From positions 63,426,001 through 63,490,000 of the forward strand of contig OX597825.1 of assembly GCA_951406725.2 (NCBI GenBank): a stretch of 64,000 nucleotides of DNA, written 5' to 3'. Source of the DNA: Octopus vulgaris (Eukaryota). Positions 27,131 to 41,039 of the stretch are shown here, one piece after another. A model generated the notes under the pieces. It worked only from the letters and a program-made list of their open reading frames with translations, searched no databases and had not been told where the DNA came from. The translations under genes were made by a program, and so were the position numbers. Positions within the stretch are counted from its first letter, which is position 1; every line of letters begins with the position of its first letter.

Positions 27131-28000
27131 ACAGGTTGCGATGGGTAAATTGATGGCCTTTTACATTTCTAATTTAGTGTGTGTGCATTGCTTGTTTTTT
27201 TTAATTTTGTCTACTACACAGTATAGTAGGGTCAGTTGGGCATCATCTATAAGAAGGAAAGCACTATGATGCAATTCACTCTGCTAGAAATTTGGAAATG
27301 ATATGCTGTACTGCTTGGCATTCAAGTCGGAAACCCCAAATACGAACATTTCAGAGTGTTCGGGTGTCAATCTGAGGACAATCTGAGGACATGTACCGAG
27401 AGTGATAAAAATCAAACATCCAGACATCATGGTGTTTGGAGTGATCAATATCGGTTATTCACCTTCCTACACGGCTTCAGACACAATACAGAGGCTTGCA
27501 ACTAGTGCCTGGAGGAGGTAGTGCTGCCCTGGATCAAGAGGGCTGCTGCTGGAAGACCATATGTCTGTCAACAGGACTGTGCACCATGCCTCACAAGCAG
27601 GAGAACCCAGTCATAGCTGTCAGACTATTTCTGCGACTACATCACCCCTAATACCTGGTCACCTATCACCCCAATTTGCAACCCGTTTGATTATTATGTG
27701 TGGGGCGTGGTTAAGCGAGATACCAACAAAACTCTTATTAACACCAAAGATGAACTGAAGGCAAGAATTATGGCAGCATTCACTAACGTAAACAAGGAGA
27801 CCATCCAGAAGAGTTGCAGGAGATTCCGAAGTTGTCTGGAGGCCGTAGTTGAAGCTAATGCCGATTTTATTGAATAAATTTTTCTCTTTAGTATTTCAAT
27901 ATGTTTTATATATAATTTTGTTAAATATATCTTTTAAAACGAGATGTCAGTATTGCGTTTATTTTTGCGTAATTTAAATGACTAAATATTCACCGCATCC
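27131..28000 (+). mobile_element. Internally deleted Tc1/mariner DD37D (maT) transposon, pseudogenised
   Basis: ...GRPYVCQQD-(37 aa, one stop)-D YYVWGVV...KDELKARI...CLEAVVEANADFIE* ending at 27877; degenerate TIRs caggttgcgatgggtaaat / atattcaccgcatcc. Confidence 0.85.
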
Positions 28001-28024
28001 AATCTTTCTCTGTCTGTCTGTCCT

Positions 28025-28109
<85 letters not shown>

Positions 28110-28142
28110 TCATCTATCTGTCTATCTATCTATCCATCTATT

Positions 28143-28176
<34 letters not shown>

Positions 28177-28638
28177 TTATCCCTCTCTCTCTCTATACAC
28201 ACACGCACACACACACATATATATATACATATACATATATATACCTACATATTTCGCTTTTGGACCACACACTTCACTTGACACAGGGACACATATGGCA
28301 AAATACATACATACAAACGTACACACATACATACAGATGTAAATATGCACACTTACATACATACATGCATACACACATTTATATGCATGCATACATAATA
28401 CATGGATAACTATATAGATAACCACATGTATATCCGCACACACACTGAACTACTCGAATGCGTACAAACAAACAAAAAAGAATGCAGCTTGGATAACGGA
28501 CAGTCAACAACTATTGAAAAGTTTGCAAGACGCAACGAACATTTTTGAAGAACAAATAAATGAGTGGAAATTTTACCGGTGAGTGTGTCAAATTATAAGG
28601 CACTAAAAGAGAATGACTCTCCCCAGGCACAACAGAAT

Positions 28639-28687
<49 letters not shown>

Positions 28688-28694
<7 letters not shown>

Positions 28695-28925
28695 ATCACG
28701 TGACCGACCAGACCATCAGATGTTGCTACACATCGCTGGTCACAATGCGTTCGTATTGTTTTTAGCCTTCGAATAACGCCACCCCGCTGGCTAAGCGAGC
28801 AGGCCAACAGAAGAAAGAGTGAGAGAAAGAATGGTGAAAGAGTACAGCAGGGATCACCCCCACTCCTGCCGGAGCCTCGTGGAGCTTTTAGGTGTTTTCG
28901 CTCAATAAACACACACAACACCCGG
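28688..28925 (-). mobile_element. SINE family C, tail type 3
   Basis: Same head as 1576 and 15652 on the minus strand; different tail ending ggtcggtcacgtgatcacgtga. Confidence 0.88.
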
Positions 28926-28945
28926 TCTCGCCTCCACACACACAC

Positions 28946-30165
<1,220 letters not shown>

Positions 30166-30220
30166 ATATATATATATATATGTATACACATATACGAATC
30201 AGATTCAAGGAGTCAGGGTA

Positions 30221-30273
30221 TACGTTGATGAGAGATATAAGGAAAACACTCACCACTCGGAACATATTACGTG
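30221..30273 (+). ncRNA. Degenerate hammerhead-like motif
   Basis: acg TTGATGA gag...ctc GGAA CATAT TA cgt; stems I and II pair, two core substitutions. Confidence 0.4.
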
Positions 30274-30554
30274 AAATGTTTGCGAACACAAATTTTGTAT
30301 TTACTGAACAATGGTCTATAAAAACGTTAATAATATAAAGCCTCATATTGGGGCTATGAAAACTCACAGCTAAGAGAAGGAAATTATAGAAGTCAAGAAA
30401 TTTTACATTTTTGCGAAACGTTTTAATTAATCTAAGAATATTCTATAATAGACCAGAAGCAAATAGAAAATCTATTAGAATTGGTTATGTTAGTGATGAT
30501 AGCGTTGATGTTGTTTAACCACACCACATCCAAAATAATGTACTCTAGCAGAAT

Positions 30555-30780
30555 AAGAGTTTTCAGATTTTGGCACAAGCTCGGCAATTTCGGAGAGGAG
30601 CATAAGACGACTACATGGACCCCAATGCACAACTGCTACTAATTTTATCTACACCGAAGAATGAAAGGTAAATTTGACCTCGGTGACATTGGTGACATTG
30701 GACCACAGAATGTAAATACGGGCGAAATGCCGCTGGGCATTTTGCCCGGCTGGGTAACGATTCTGCAAGCTTTCCGCCTT
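30555..30780 (-). mobile_element. SINE family A, diverged
   Basis: gaatgaaaggtaaatttgacctcgg...gaaatgccgct...gcattttgcccgg...taacgattctgc. Confidence 0.75.
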
Positions 30781-30929
30781 AACTCAAATACAGTAATATT
30801 AAAAGGTATTCAAGTTATAACCGTCCAATCATTTTCAGATATAGTTTACCGCAGATGACGTGTACCAAAATGGTGAGCATGTTTATAAGACGTGAGTGTA
30901 TGATCTGTTTTTCATCTAGCGTCAAAGAT

Positions 30930-31327
30930 ATTTTTGTTAACTGAACTATGAACTCCCTTAAGAGATGTTCATAAATTATGTGTAGCAAATTGTCTAGACA
31001 GGTTCGTACAAGAAGACAAAACAATTGACTATATTTTCAGAACTCTAAGATAATGGTTGTTAATTATCAAGAGCAATTTATTTACTTTCTTTCATTTACC
31101 AGTGACATATCTTTGTATTTTCCTAAAAAGATGACAATCACTCTTGCTGATGAGAAATTTATGAAAAGAACCCAGAGAGAATGTTGTGTAAATTTAAGAA
31201 CGGCAACATGTTTATTGAGACATGGTTATAATGCCAAATATTCACAATATATACCTATATACCTCACCGTATATATATGTATATATACATACATGTATTA
31301 TACAGAAACATACACAGACATCCCACC

Positions 31328-31375
<48 letters not shown>

Positions 31376-32080
31376 GCGTTAGTGTAATAACAATTATCGA
31401 CAACACAGGCTTAACACTCGCGAGAAAAGTCTTTGCTGGTAGGTTGCGAATTGGCGCAGTGGAGGCTACTTTTTCAAAGTGCGTATTACTGAAACACTTG
31501 AACGTCATGGACATGCGACGCACCTCACTCAAATCTCATCCAAGAGTAATGGACATCGATATTTCGCCATGTTTGTGGCTTATCAATATCACGTAGCCGA
31601 ACCGATTCCGAGGTGAAACGTACCGCCACTCCACGCCTTATATGGATATAGTGTAAAAACTATGTACCGGTACGCCCCAACTATGCATACGTAAGAATAT
31701 ATTCAACTGTGAAATAGAAGCAGCGCTAGTGTAATAATCTTTATCGACCACACATACTTAATGCATATACATAGTTTACTTAGAGACATAGATATTGATG
31801 TCTATAATGAAACATAGAAGAATTGCAGAATAAGGAGGGCAAATACAACTGAATACGTAGCATATATGATATTTCTAATCTGCGGAAGTTACGAAAGTGA
31901 CTCAACGTCTGAGAATTATCAATTGCTCTTGATAATTAACAGCCATTGTTTTAGAGTTCTGAGAATATAGTCAAATGCTTAATGTCTTCTTGTATAAATC
32001 TAACTGTCTAGACAATTTGTTACACATAATTTATGAAGATCTCTTAAGGGAGTTCATACTTCGAGTCAACGAAAATTTGA
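30930..32080. repeat. ~150-bp inverted repeat pair (30930-31080 and 31920-32080)
   Basis: tatgaactcccttaagagat.ttcataaattatgtgta.caaattgtctagaca...aattatcaagagcaatt is present in both orientations. Confidence 0.85.
31372..31755 (-). mobile_element. ~345-bp element with direct terminal repeats and a central HHR motif
   Basis: cagcg(t/c)tagtgtaataa...ttatcgac.acaca at both ends; minus-strand gtgata TTGATAA gcca caaaca tggc GAAA TATCGATG TC cattac at 31546-31592. Confidence 0.65.
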
Positions 32081-32288
32081 CAAGCCCCATGCACGCAATG
32101 CTCTGCTCGTAGCTACTAAGTTATTTCTGGAATCTCTGTTGATTAAAATTTCAATAACAATAACATTGTGTGTTATTGAATTGTTTTTTGACTTTGTTTC
32201 TAGCAATGCTGATGCTGTTTTGTACCCTTGTTTATAAATTTGCCTTTAGGATTTAATTGGTGATGGGCCACCTACATTATTTATACTA

Positions 32289-33522
32289 TCAGGGCATCCC
32301 ATAAGTTCTGTCCGATTTTATCTTTTCTTAACTGAATGAAATTTAATAGTATTTTCGAATGTCTAATAGAATTAAAATTATTTTTATGCATTTGTGCTCA
32401 GTTAAATTAATTAAATATTATTTTACAGAATAATAGAATTAAAATTTCTTTGATTAAAACCCTTTCTAACATTTAGGGAACATAATGCTTTATGAGTACA
32501 AAAAAGGAAACTCTGCAGTTGAAGCGACTTCAAATATACACTCAGTTTATGGGAAATAATGCTTGAATGAAAGAACTTGCAGAAGATGGTTTTCAAAATT
32601 CAGAAGTGGTGATTTCAGCCTTGAAGATCGAACAGGACGTCCATTTGAGTTTGATGATAAGCTCCTTGAGGAATTACTTGATTAAAATCCTGCATCATCA
32701 GTTGAAGAATTGGCAACTGTTCATCGTCATCTTCAACAACTTGGAACGGTTACTAAACTTAGAAAATGGTGCCTCATGAATTGTCCGAAAGCAACCGCAA
32801 ATCCCGAGTTGACATCTGCTCTTCTCTCCATCCTTGCGAACCCATTTCACCGTTTTTGGATAGACCTGTGAATGGTGACGAAAAATCGATCCTCTATCGA
32901 AATGTTAAAAGTCGTAAACAGTGCCTTGGTAAAAGGGAAAAAAAAAACATAATCGTGAAGGGAACTTCATGGGAAAAAGGTTCTTTACCCTATCTGGTGG
33001 GATTGCAATGGAGTAATTCACTTTAAATTGTTACCACCCAATGCAACAATCAATGCTTAAGTCTACTGTCAGCAGTTAGAGCATTTGAACCAAGCTTCGA
33101 AGAAAAAAGACCCGCTTTAGTTATTCGAAAAGGAGTAATGTTTTTTCAGGACAATGCATCACCCCACACTGCAAAGATCACATCACAGAAAATCGAAGAG
33201 CTTGGTTGGGAGAAATTACTCATCCACCTTATTCTCCTGACCATGCTCCTTCAGACTACCACTTGTTTCGTAGTTTACAGAATCATTTAGGGGACATAAA
33301 TTTCGCAAGCCAGGAAGAGGTTGAAACTGACATTTCAGAGTTCTTCGTTTTGAAACCAAAAGAGTTTTACATCGATGGGATTAAATAGCTTGTAAATAGA
33401 TGGAAGGAAATGATAGGTAATCAGGGTAAAAATAAATTGATGATTAAATATCAATTAAATATAACATTTGATCACTTGTTTGCTTTATTCAAAATTCGGA
33501 CAGAATTTATGGGATGACCTGA
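32289..33522 (+). mobile_element. Full-length decayed mariner (DD34D) transposon
   Basis: TIRs tcagggcatcccataagttctgtccga / tcggacagaatttatgggatgacctga; TA TSD; WVPHEL-like, GDEK and HPPYSPDHAPSDYHLF motifs; many stops and frameshifts. Confidence 0.95.
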
Positions 33523-33616
33523 TATATACTTCTACCATTTTGAAATTGCGCACGCACTCAAGGGTTTTTCTTATGAGCTGACGAGGCGAGTTATGCAAAA
33601 CCCTAGGCGCAGTAAG

Positions 33617-33674
33617 ATCCACTGACGAAAACTGAGATGGAACGCATCAGATTTTGAAATCACATGCTTTAGAT
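33617..33674 (+). ncRNA. Hammerhead-like motif
   Basis: atcca CTGACGA aaactgagatggaacgcatcagatttt GAAA TCACATGC TT tagat; lies between ~95-bp direct repeats at 32190-32286 and 33790-33880. Confidence 0.55.
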
Positions 33675-33874
33675 GTATTTGATTCTTCACTTGTGAGCCT
33701 GTCTCACTACGGTACGTAGCTTTCTCGCTTCCTCTCTTTCGTTAACTTATTAAAATAAGTGCTTTTTGTGGCTAGTTGAGCCGCTTCTGACTTTTGTTTC
33801 TAGCAATGCTGGTACTATTTTTACCCTTGTTTATAAAATTGCCTTTAGGTTGTAATTGCTAATGGGCCACCTAC

Positions 33875-33914
<40 letters not shown>

Positions 33915-33976
33915 TATATTATTAAAAGAAATGGTAAGACGACAAAAGAATGAAATGTAAATAAAGGAACTTATAT

Positions 33977-34248
33977 GTAAATATAATATGTGACAATTAT
34001 ACGGTAGCCATGATAAAACTCCGAGTTTCGGATGTCGAGGCGGAAACACACGACGGCATCCCTTTAGTTATCGGGTCATCGAAAAGAGTGCTCTGAAAAT
34101 GACCGTTCAAACAAAACGGCCATTTTCATAGCATTTTATTTTTTTGATGGCCCGATAACTGAAGAGATGCCGGCGTGGGTTTCCGCCCGACTTCCGAAAC
34201 GCGGATCTTTATCATGGCAACCGAATAATTGACACATATTATATTTAC
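33977..34248. repeat. ~270-bp foldback palindrome with an HHR-like motif in each arm
   Basis: Arms complementary around a ~7-nt loop near 34112; + arm gataa CTGAAGA gatg...cttcc GAAA CGCGGA..ttatc (34154-34213); - arm gataa CTAAAGG gatg...catcc GAAA CTCGGAG TT ttatc (34012-34072). Confidence 0.85.
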
Positions 34249-36339
34249 GGATATATTATATATTATATATTATATATATACATATATACACACATATATA
34301 TATATACATATATACACACACATATATATATATACATTTATATACATATATATATATACACATACATACATTTATATACATACATATACATAAATGCATA
34401 CATATATACACATGTATGTTGAGAATAAATGAACACACTCGAATGCTTTTAAATTTCATCTTGTTTCTACAAATACCTTTACACGCACAAAGATCTTCAA
34501 GGTTTTATACGTCCACACATTGATGCATCTACACACTAATATCACAGACGGAGAAGAACTGGGAGAACACAAATGCATGTACCTGCTATGAACAGAAAAT
34601 CACATTCTTTGATTTTCTAGAATACATAATAGCACAGATCATCAAAACACATCTGACATTTTATTCGCTTAACACTTTTTTAATCTAGTTCCTGTTATTC
34701 CTACCAGAACATGGACTTTTCACTGGTGGGGTACTGAACTAAAACACATGCTGTCTATTTGTAAATAGATTTACTTGATCTTGGTTGTAAGTTAATTATC
34801 TGCTCCATTGCCACAGACGTGAAAGTTGGCTAATTCTTGTTTAATACCAAGCTAATTCCAATACAAAAAGATCTAAGAGCGAAATCATCCCAGCTTTGAC
34901 AACTCTCCTCTAGATTAGTTCTGACTACACAGTCTAATGCTTTTTGCTTAGCCTGTAACATGTGAGCTGAAGAATATGATTGCTATATCCATTGCATCAT
35001 TTCGAGGCCCCATCGCAGTCAGCTACTTGGATTAATGTCAAATTACAAATTAGATTCGTGTAAATTCTTATGTAAACTGTTGTTTTGCATTAATAGTGTT
35101 GCGGTCAAGTTATCCCACGCCTGCCATGAACTTTATAAGTGATTTTCTCTCCTCTCTTCTCAATCACTCAACCTATCTATCTTTCTCATTATCGCCTTAT
35201 CTCAGCTTCTCTGTTATATGCTTAATACGTGACAGGTTCACTGATTGCAAACGGGTCAAGATGATGAAGATTTGATCCTTGACTCTCTCACTGATCTTTT
35301 CAGGAAAGTCTTCAAATGGACAAATAAATAATAGAAGAAAGGGAAATACCAAATTAAAATGGAGTAATGTTAAAAAAGAATAACGATATACTCACACGAT
35401 CAGTATTAACTCTCCGGAAATATTTCAGCTATCGTGCATCACATACCATTTGAGGTGATCAGAAATTAGCATTGTACTACAAATTGAAATCAAAAGTGAA
35501 AATAAAGCACTGAACGCAAATGAAAAACTAAAGGGAAAAACAGATGAAAGAAATAAACCTTTTTATGATTTTATGATTTAAAGAAAATAACACCAAATCA
35601 CCATAGTCGTATTCCGCAGTAAATTATGGCACTTTTTTTCCTATACACCATATATATTGTTTGAATTTATATGCTTTTACAAATATACACTATCGATATT
35701 TGATATTATTTTCAGAGTGTTACGAACTAAACTTTTCATATTCAAGTTTTGAATAAAATGAAATTTACTCTATTTTATTCTGTCTTACTTTTCTTTGAAA
35801 ACAAACTCAACAAAAATTAAACACAGCAAAATACAACAAACATTTGGCAAGAAATAGTTAAAATAAAAGATTTAAAATATACAATTTTCCACCAAGCTGA
35901 ATACAATTTTTGCAGTTTATTTGTCATTTATTCCTTGTTTGCTTTCGTAAACGTGAGAAAGAATAATTTCACAGTTTGCTATTTGTAAAGTGACTGTAGT
36001 TTGAAACAGTTACTTTTGAACGAACCAATTTTACACTCAGTTGAAGATATCTGTATAGTGAATATAGAGTTAAAATGGTTATGCAAATAATACAGTGAGT
36101 TAGTAATATCACTTAAACTGTCCATGATAGCTAGAAAACGCTTGAGATTTCTCATGCAAACACATGTGTCCTTTCTGTCTTTCTTTTTGCCATTTTCTCA
36201 TTTTCCTCTTATATACGTAGTTTCTGCGTCCCTTTAAATGGTTTTGTAACTATGTAAAATATATATGTGTAAGAGTGTTTGCGTATATTTGCGCGTGTAT
36301 ATGTGTATATGTGTATATTTGTGTGTATATATATGAACA

Positions 36340-36512
36340 TAATTGTATATATATATATATATGTATGTATATATATATATATATTTATATATACATATCT
36401 ATATATATATGTATATATATATATTTATATATACATATATACATACACACATATATATATATATATATGTATGTATATATATATATTTATATATACATAT
36501 ATACATACACAC

Positions 36513-36552
<40 letters not shown>

Positions 36553-36566
36553 TTATATATACATAT

Positions 36567-36645
<79 letters not shown>
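36340..36645. repeat. (TA)n-based higher-order repeat
   Basis: Unit tatgtatatatatatatttatatatacatatatacatac(ac) recurs about four times. Confidence 0.85.
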
Positions 36646-36649
<4 letters not shown>

Positions 36650-36847
36650 GGCATATTCGTTAGGAATCTAGTAGAGTATAAAATAGAGCTCGCTCACACT
36701 TAGAATTACCGATATAAGTTGTATCGAAACATGTGTAGAGTTTGTTAAATAGCTGTCTAACTGTACCCCTTCTTGCTGACTCTATTTTTTGAATTTTGCA
36801 AATATATATATATAAATCAAAACAAGCAACAAAGATATCTAGAGGTA

Positions 36848-36936
36848 ATGCAGTACGATCGTTTCATTCAATTCCATTTAATTGAAGAATGTAATCATTA
36901 CACCAATTTAAAATGTAGTGCAATTTTCAGCTGCAC
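36848..36936 (-). ncRNA. Hammerhead motif, inverted copy (core CTGAAAA, G8A)
   Basis: Minus strand gtgcag CTGAAAA ttgc...gaat GAAA CGATCG TA ctgcat. Confidence 0.6.
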
Positions 36937-37081
36937 AAAGACATAGAATTTAATTAAATCAGAACAGATGGGAACATTAGTATAATAATACCTAATATCT
37001 CCAAGAAGTTAAGGAGATAGACAAAGAATATGATGTACCTACAACAATACTGTCGTAAATTTAATTATATTCTATGTCTTT

Positions 37082-37170
37082 GTGCAGCTGAAGATTGCTA
37101 TACATTTTAAATTGATGTAATGCTTGCATAGTTCAATTAAATGGAGTTGCATGAAACGATCGTACTGCAT
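37082..37170 (+). ncRNA. Type-I hammerhead ribozyme motif with long stem II
   Basis: gtgcag CTGAAGA ttgc...(58 nt)...gcat GAAA CGATCG TA ctgcat; 6-bp stem I. Confidence 0.75.
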
Positions 37171-37299
37171 TACCTCTGGATATCCTAGTTGCTTATTTTG
37201 ATTTTGATCACCTTATCTTGAAATTGTATGGATAATACCATACTAAACTCTCGTGCCTCAACTTAAATACCATATTCATCTGAATCTAAATGTTTGCTG

Positions 37300-37366
<67 letters not shown>

Positions 37367-38494
37367 ATTACCATGAGTTTGCAATAAGTTTTAAAATTCC
37401 TTAAAAGTTATAAAAGTTAGACAACAATCATTGTTTCTTGTAAATGACTAAATAATCATATTTAGAGTAATCACCAACGAACACACCATATTAGTGACTC
37501 TGTGGTCATGTGCATCTGTGCGCTCCTGCATGGGTGTATTTCAACAGGCAGCACATGGCATCAGAATATTACGCACTTAAATCCTAAATTCAGAACAAGT
37601 ATATACTTAATATATTAACTGCTTTACTCATGCTTATACGCATTGTGCACACAAGGATTATTCCGCACTTTCAAATAGGCTGCCTAATGCAAATTATATT
37701 ATTGCTTTTGTATAAAACTTTAAATTTACGATTTAACAAATGTTCAATAATAAATCTATGGACAGTCGATTTCATAAGATGAATTAAAAAGTTAGATTTC
37801 TACCACTGCTACTGGACAAATATTTTATTTTGCCCTTGTCTCAAAGAAATAAGAGTTCGAATGCATACAATTCACGGATAAGGTTACCATTTAAATTGAC
37901 ATCGAACTGTAAGACAAAGCACAAAAGCAACGATTATTCTTGCTATATGCAAATGTCAGAATGTCCCCCGCCGAAATGCTCTAACGCACATTAGTATAAA
38001 ACTATATAATTTTCCCTCCAACTTAAAAAAAATACAAACATAACACAAACTTTAAAAAAAATGTAAATTATCTTAATGAATTCGGCTACAAATAATCCTG
38101 AATATTGACTACTCATTTAAACGATTTATTTATTGGAGACGGCAGTTATATTCTATGACCTGCTAATATCGATCTAACGTGAATCTATTACGCGTTTTAT
38201 TTTTGTAGCCTTTTGTTCAATTATGTTGATCTGCTAAAGATTTCACTAAAACAGAGATGTCTTCATCCACTCGAGACGGAAATAATTTCCTTTCTTAGAA
38301 ATATTTCCAATGCTGCAAGGAAGATTGTAGACAGAGAATTTCGATATTATATTGTAATGGAATTGATGATTTCTTATTATCAATATGTTATCCTTTCAGG
38401 TTATTGTTGCTGTATTGATGTTGATATTGCTGTCATTGCTGTTGCTTTTCTTCCTCTTTTGCATTCGTGGCAAATAATAAACTTCTTTTCCTCG

Positions 38495-38638
38495 TCTTCT
38501 TCTTCTTCTTCTTCTTCTTCTTCTTCTTCTTCTTCTTCTTCTTCTTCTTCTTCTTCTCCTTCTTTATCTTCATCATCATCATCTTCTTCTTCTTTTTCCT
38601 CTTCTTCTTCTTCTTCTTCTTCTTCTCCTCCTCCTCCT

Positions 38639-38669
<31 letters not shown>

Positions 38670-38692
38670 TTATTATTGTTATTATTATTATT
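38495..38692. repeat. Compound (TTC)n/(TCA)n/(CCT)n/(TTA)n microsatellite
   Basis: Directly visible. Confidence 0.95.
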
Positions 38693-38809
38693 AACTTTAA
38701 CTCTACTACTATTACCATAGCTAACAATATGATCGCCACAAATTTTCGCCATCAGCCCTAATACTGCAAACGCAAAATACTTGGACGGAGTTGCAACATA
38801 TATTCAGGT

Positions 38810-39700
38810 TTCTATGGCAGCCATGCCAAATGTCTGCTAAGATATATTACACTTGCCCTCACACCATATGGAAATGAATGATATCGTGCTTACTAGAAAT
38901 ATGGGGATATACACAAAATTATTAAAGTTGAGAGATTCGAAACCACTCTGAGAATCGAGCATGATAACGAAACTGTTTTACACGTCGTAAAATACGCGAC
39001 CTTTGCTGACTTGTGTAATTTTGTCGAACAGCTGCTGTTACTAGTAGGGTCAACGAAGGTATCAAATGAATTCTTTGTGGGGATCATCACACTACCTTTT
39101 TTTGACCAGGACAGTTAAGGAGTTTGTAACTGACAGTGGGCGTGGATAAAGAGTTTAGTGGTGGGCGAGATAGAAAATTCCGCCGAGAGATGCCTTCGTT
39201 CTTTTCAAAGCTATTAGAAGCCTTTCACTTTTCACTTATTAAGGTAAATCAAACTGGAGAGAGAAAGTTACCTCTCAGTAAGTGTGATGAAAGATAAATG
39301 AAGAATGATTAAGAAAAGAAATGTTATATACATATGTTTTTCGATAACGGCCAGGAGAGTGGAGCCAACAGATTCACCATCAACATCAACACACAGAGAA
39401 TTAGTGTCAAAAACAGCAGCAACCAAAATAGCAACAATATCAATAGAAGGAGCAGCAGGAGAGATCCGTTCACAAACGTCAACAACTAGTAACGGTATCA
39501 CACTCGAGAGAAACAATAACATCACCTGCACCATAACAGTCAAGAGAAGCTTCAAACATATCAGTCGACCAGACCACCAGCGTAAAACTGCGCGACAGTG
39601 CAGATAAGCCTCTCCCCACAGATTTTTCCGACTGTACTGTGAAGAGTTGTCTAACCAGGACAACAGTTTGAGAAAACACAAGAATTGATCTTAGGAGGAA
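38810..39700 (+). pseudogene. Possible decayed LINE ORF1 (Tx1/L1-like) remnant
   Basis: KYGDIHKIIKVERFE... RRM-like stretch, vestigial Cys-knuckle-like region near 39260-39325, and S/T-rich tail (ORF 39305-39607); similarity judged by eye only. Confidence 0.3.
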
Positions 39701-39779
39701 AAAAAACAATTACAAAATGAGAAGCGTGGTGAATTTTGAACCTGGGTTCTCATTCCCAAGGTATTTTTCGATGTTGTTA

Positions 39780-39860
39780 TTATTATTAAGGTCACTGCCT
39801 GGAATCGATCTCGGAATCATTAACCCGCGCTCTTAACCACTACGTCATATGTCCGTGGAC
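39780..39860 (-). mobile_element. tRNA-like SINE head fragment
   Basis: Minus strand atgacgtagtggttaagagcgcggg...gatcgattccaggcagtgacc (box A/B). Confidence 0.55.
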
Positions 39861-40691
39861 AATTTGGAGTGAATTTTTGGGCTTATAAATCTAATATTTT
39901 CCTATCCTTCCTTAATACCGGTTCCCATATGCTATTCATATCCGCACTCGGTCTGCTTAGAAGGTTGCTGTGTCCTAGCATATGTGCTGCTTCTTTTAGT
40001 TTTCGTATTTTACAGTGGTGTTCTATGTCCATTATTTTAACTTCATCCCACAGGCTAATTTATTACACCAAGTGCATAGATTTCAAAGTTATTTTCTAAT
40101 GATTTAACTTTGTTTAATTACGTCGATAAACACAGAATGATTTTCTGAAGCATAGAGATATACGATACCGAATATTGACAACGACACGCAGCATGCTGTA
40201 AACATTGTTTGGGACTTTGATTGATGGTAGGTATGTACAGCTGCTTTACTGCATTCATCTGATTAAATATTAAAACTTATGCATGAATCATTTTATATCG
40301 AACTTCTGTGATGGTACAGAAACACTTGTTTTTTTTTTGCGTATAAAACTGAATGCATATTCATCCTGCTTTTCATGGTGTGAATAAAAACAGAATTATG
40401 TGGAAATATTGTGTAAAAGCTGTTTAGCTTATGGAAAGTAGGCAGTGCAGTACAGGGAATGGCAATGATGATTCAGTGGTTGCTAGAGCAGGGAGCAGTG
40501 CAGTAATATATCGAGTTGTTCTCGGAATGCTGGATTGGTCAGAATGCGTGCAATAGAATATGCGCAACAGAAAGAAAACCACGACCTACAAATAAAGGGA
40601 ATTTAGGATACACGTTATATATTTCACTCAAAAATAGTCAGAGTAGAACTGACCTGATTCCATACAGTTTTTCTTAACCCTATTACATTCA

Positions 40692-41039
40692 TAGGATCGC
40701 GGTTTCGATTCCCAGACCGGGCGTTGTGAGTGTTTATTGAGCGAAAACACCTAAAGCTCCATGAGGCTCCGGCAGGGGATGGTGGTGATCCCTGCTGTAC
40801 TATTTCACCACAACTTTCTCTCACTCTTACTTCCTGTTTCTGTTGTACCTGTATTTCAAAGGGCCGGCCTTGTCACTCTCTGTGTCACGCTGAATATCCC
40901 CGAGAACTACGTTAAGGGTACACGTGTCTGTGGAGTGCTCAGCCACTTACACGTTAATTTCACGAGCAGGCTGTTCCGTTGATTCGGATCAACCGGAACC
41001 CTCGTCGTCGTAACCGACGGAGTGCTTCCATTCCATTCC
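40692..41039 (+). mobile_element. SINE family C, slightly 5'-truncated, tail type 2
   Basis: Nearly identical to 15652-16027; (TTCCA)n end; TSD attacattca at 40682-40691 and 41040-41049. Confidence 0.93.

Noticed and set aside
36700-36745. gata...tatc GAAA CATGTG TA half-hammerhead
   Set aside because: The upstream CUGANGA box is absent
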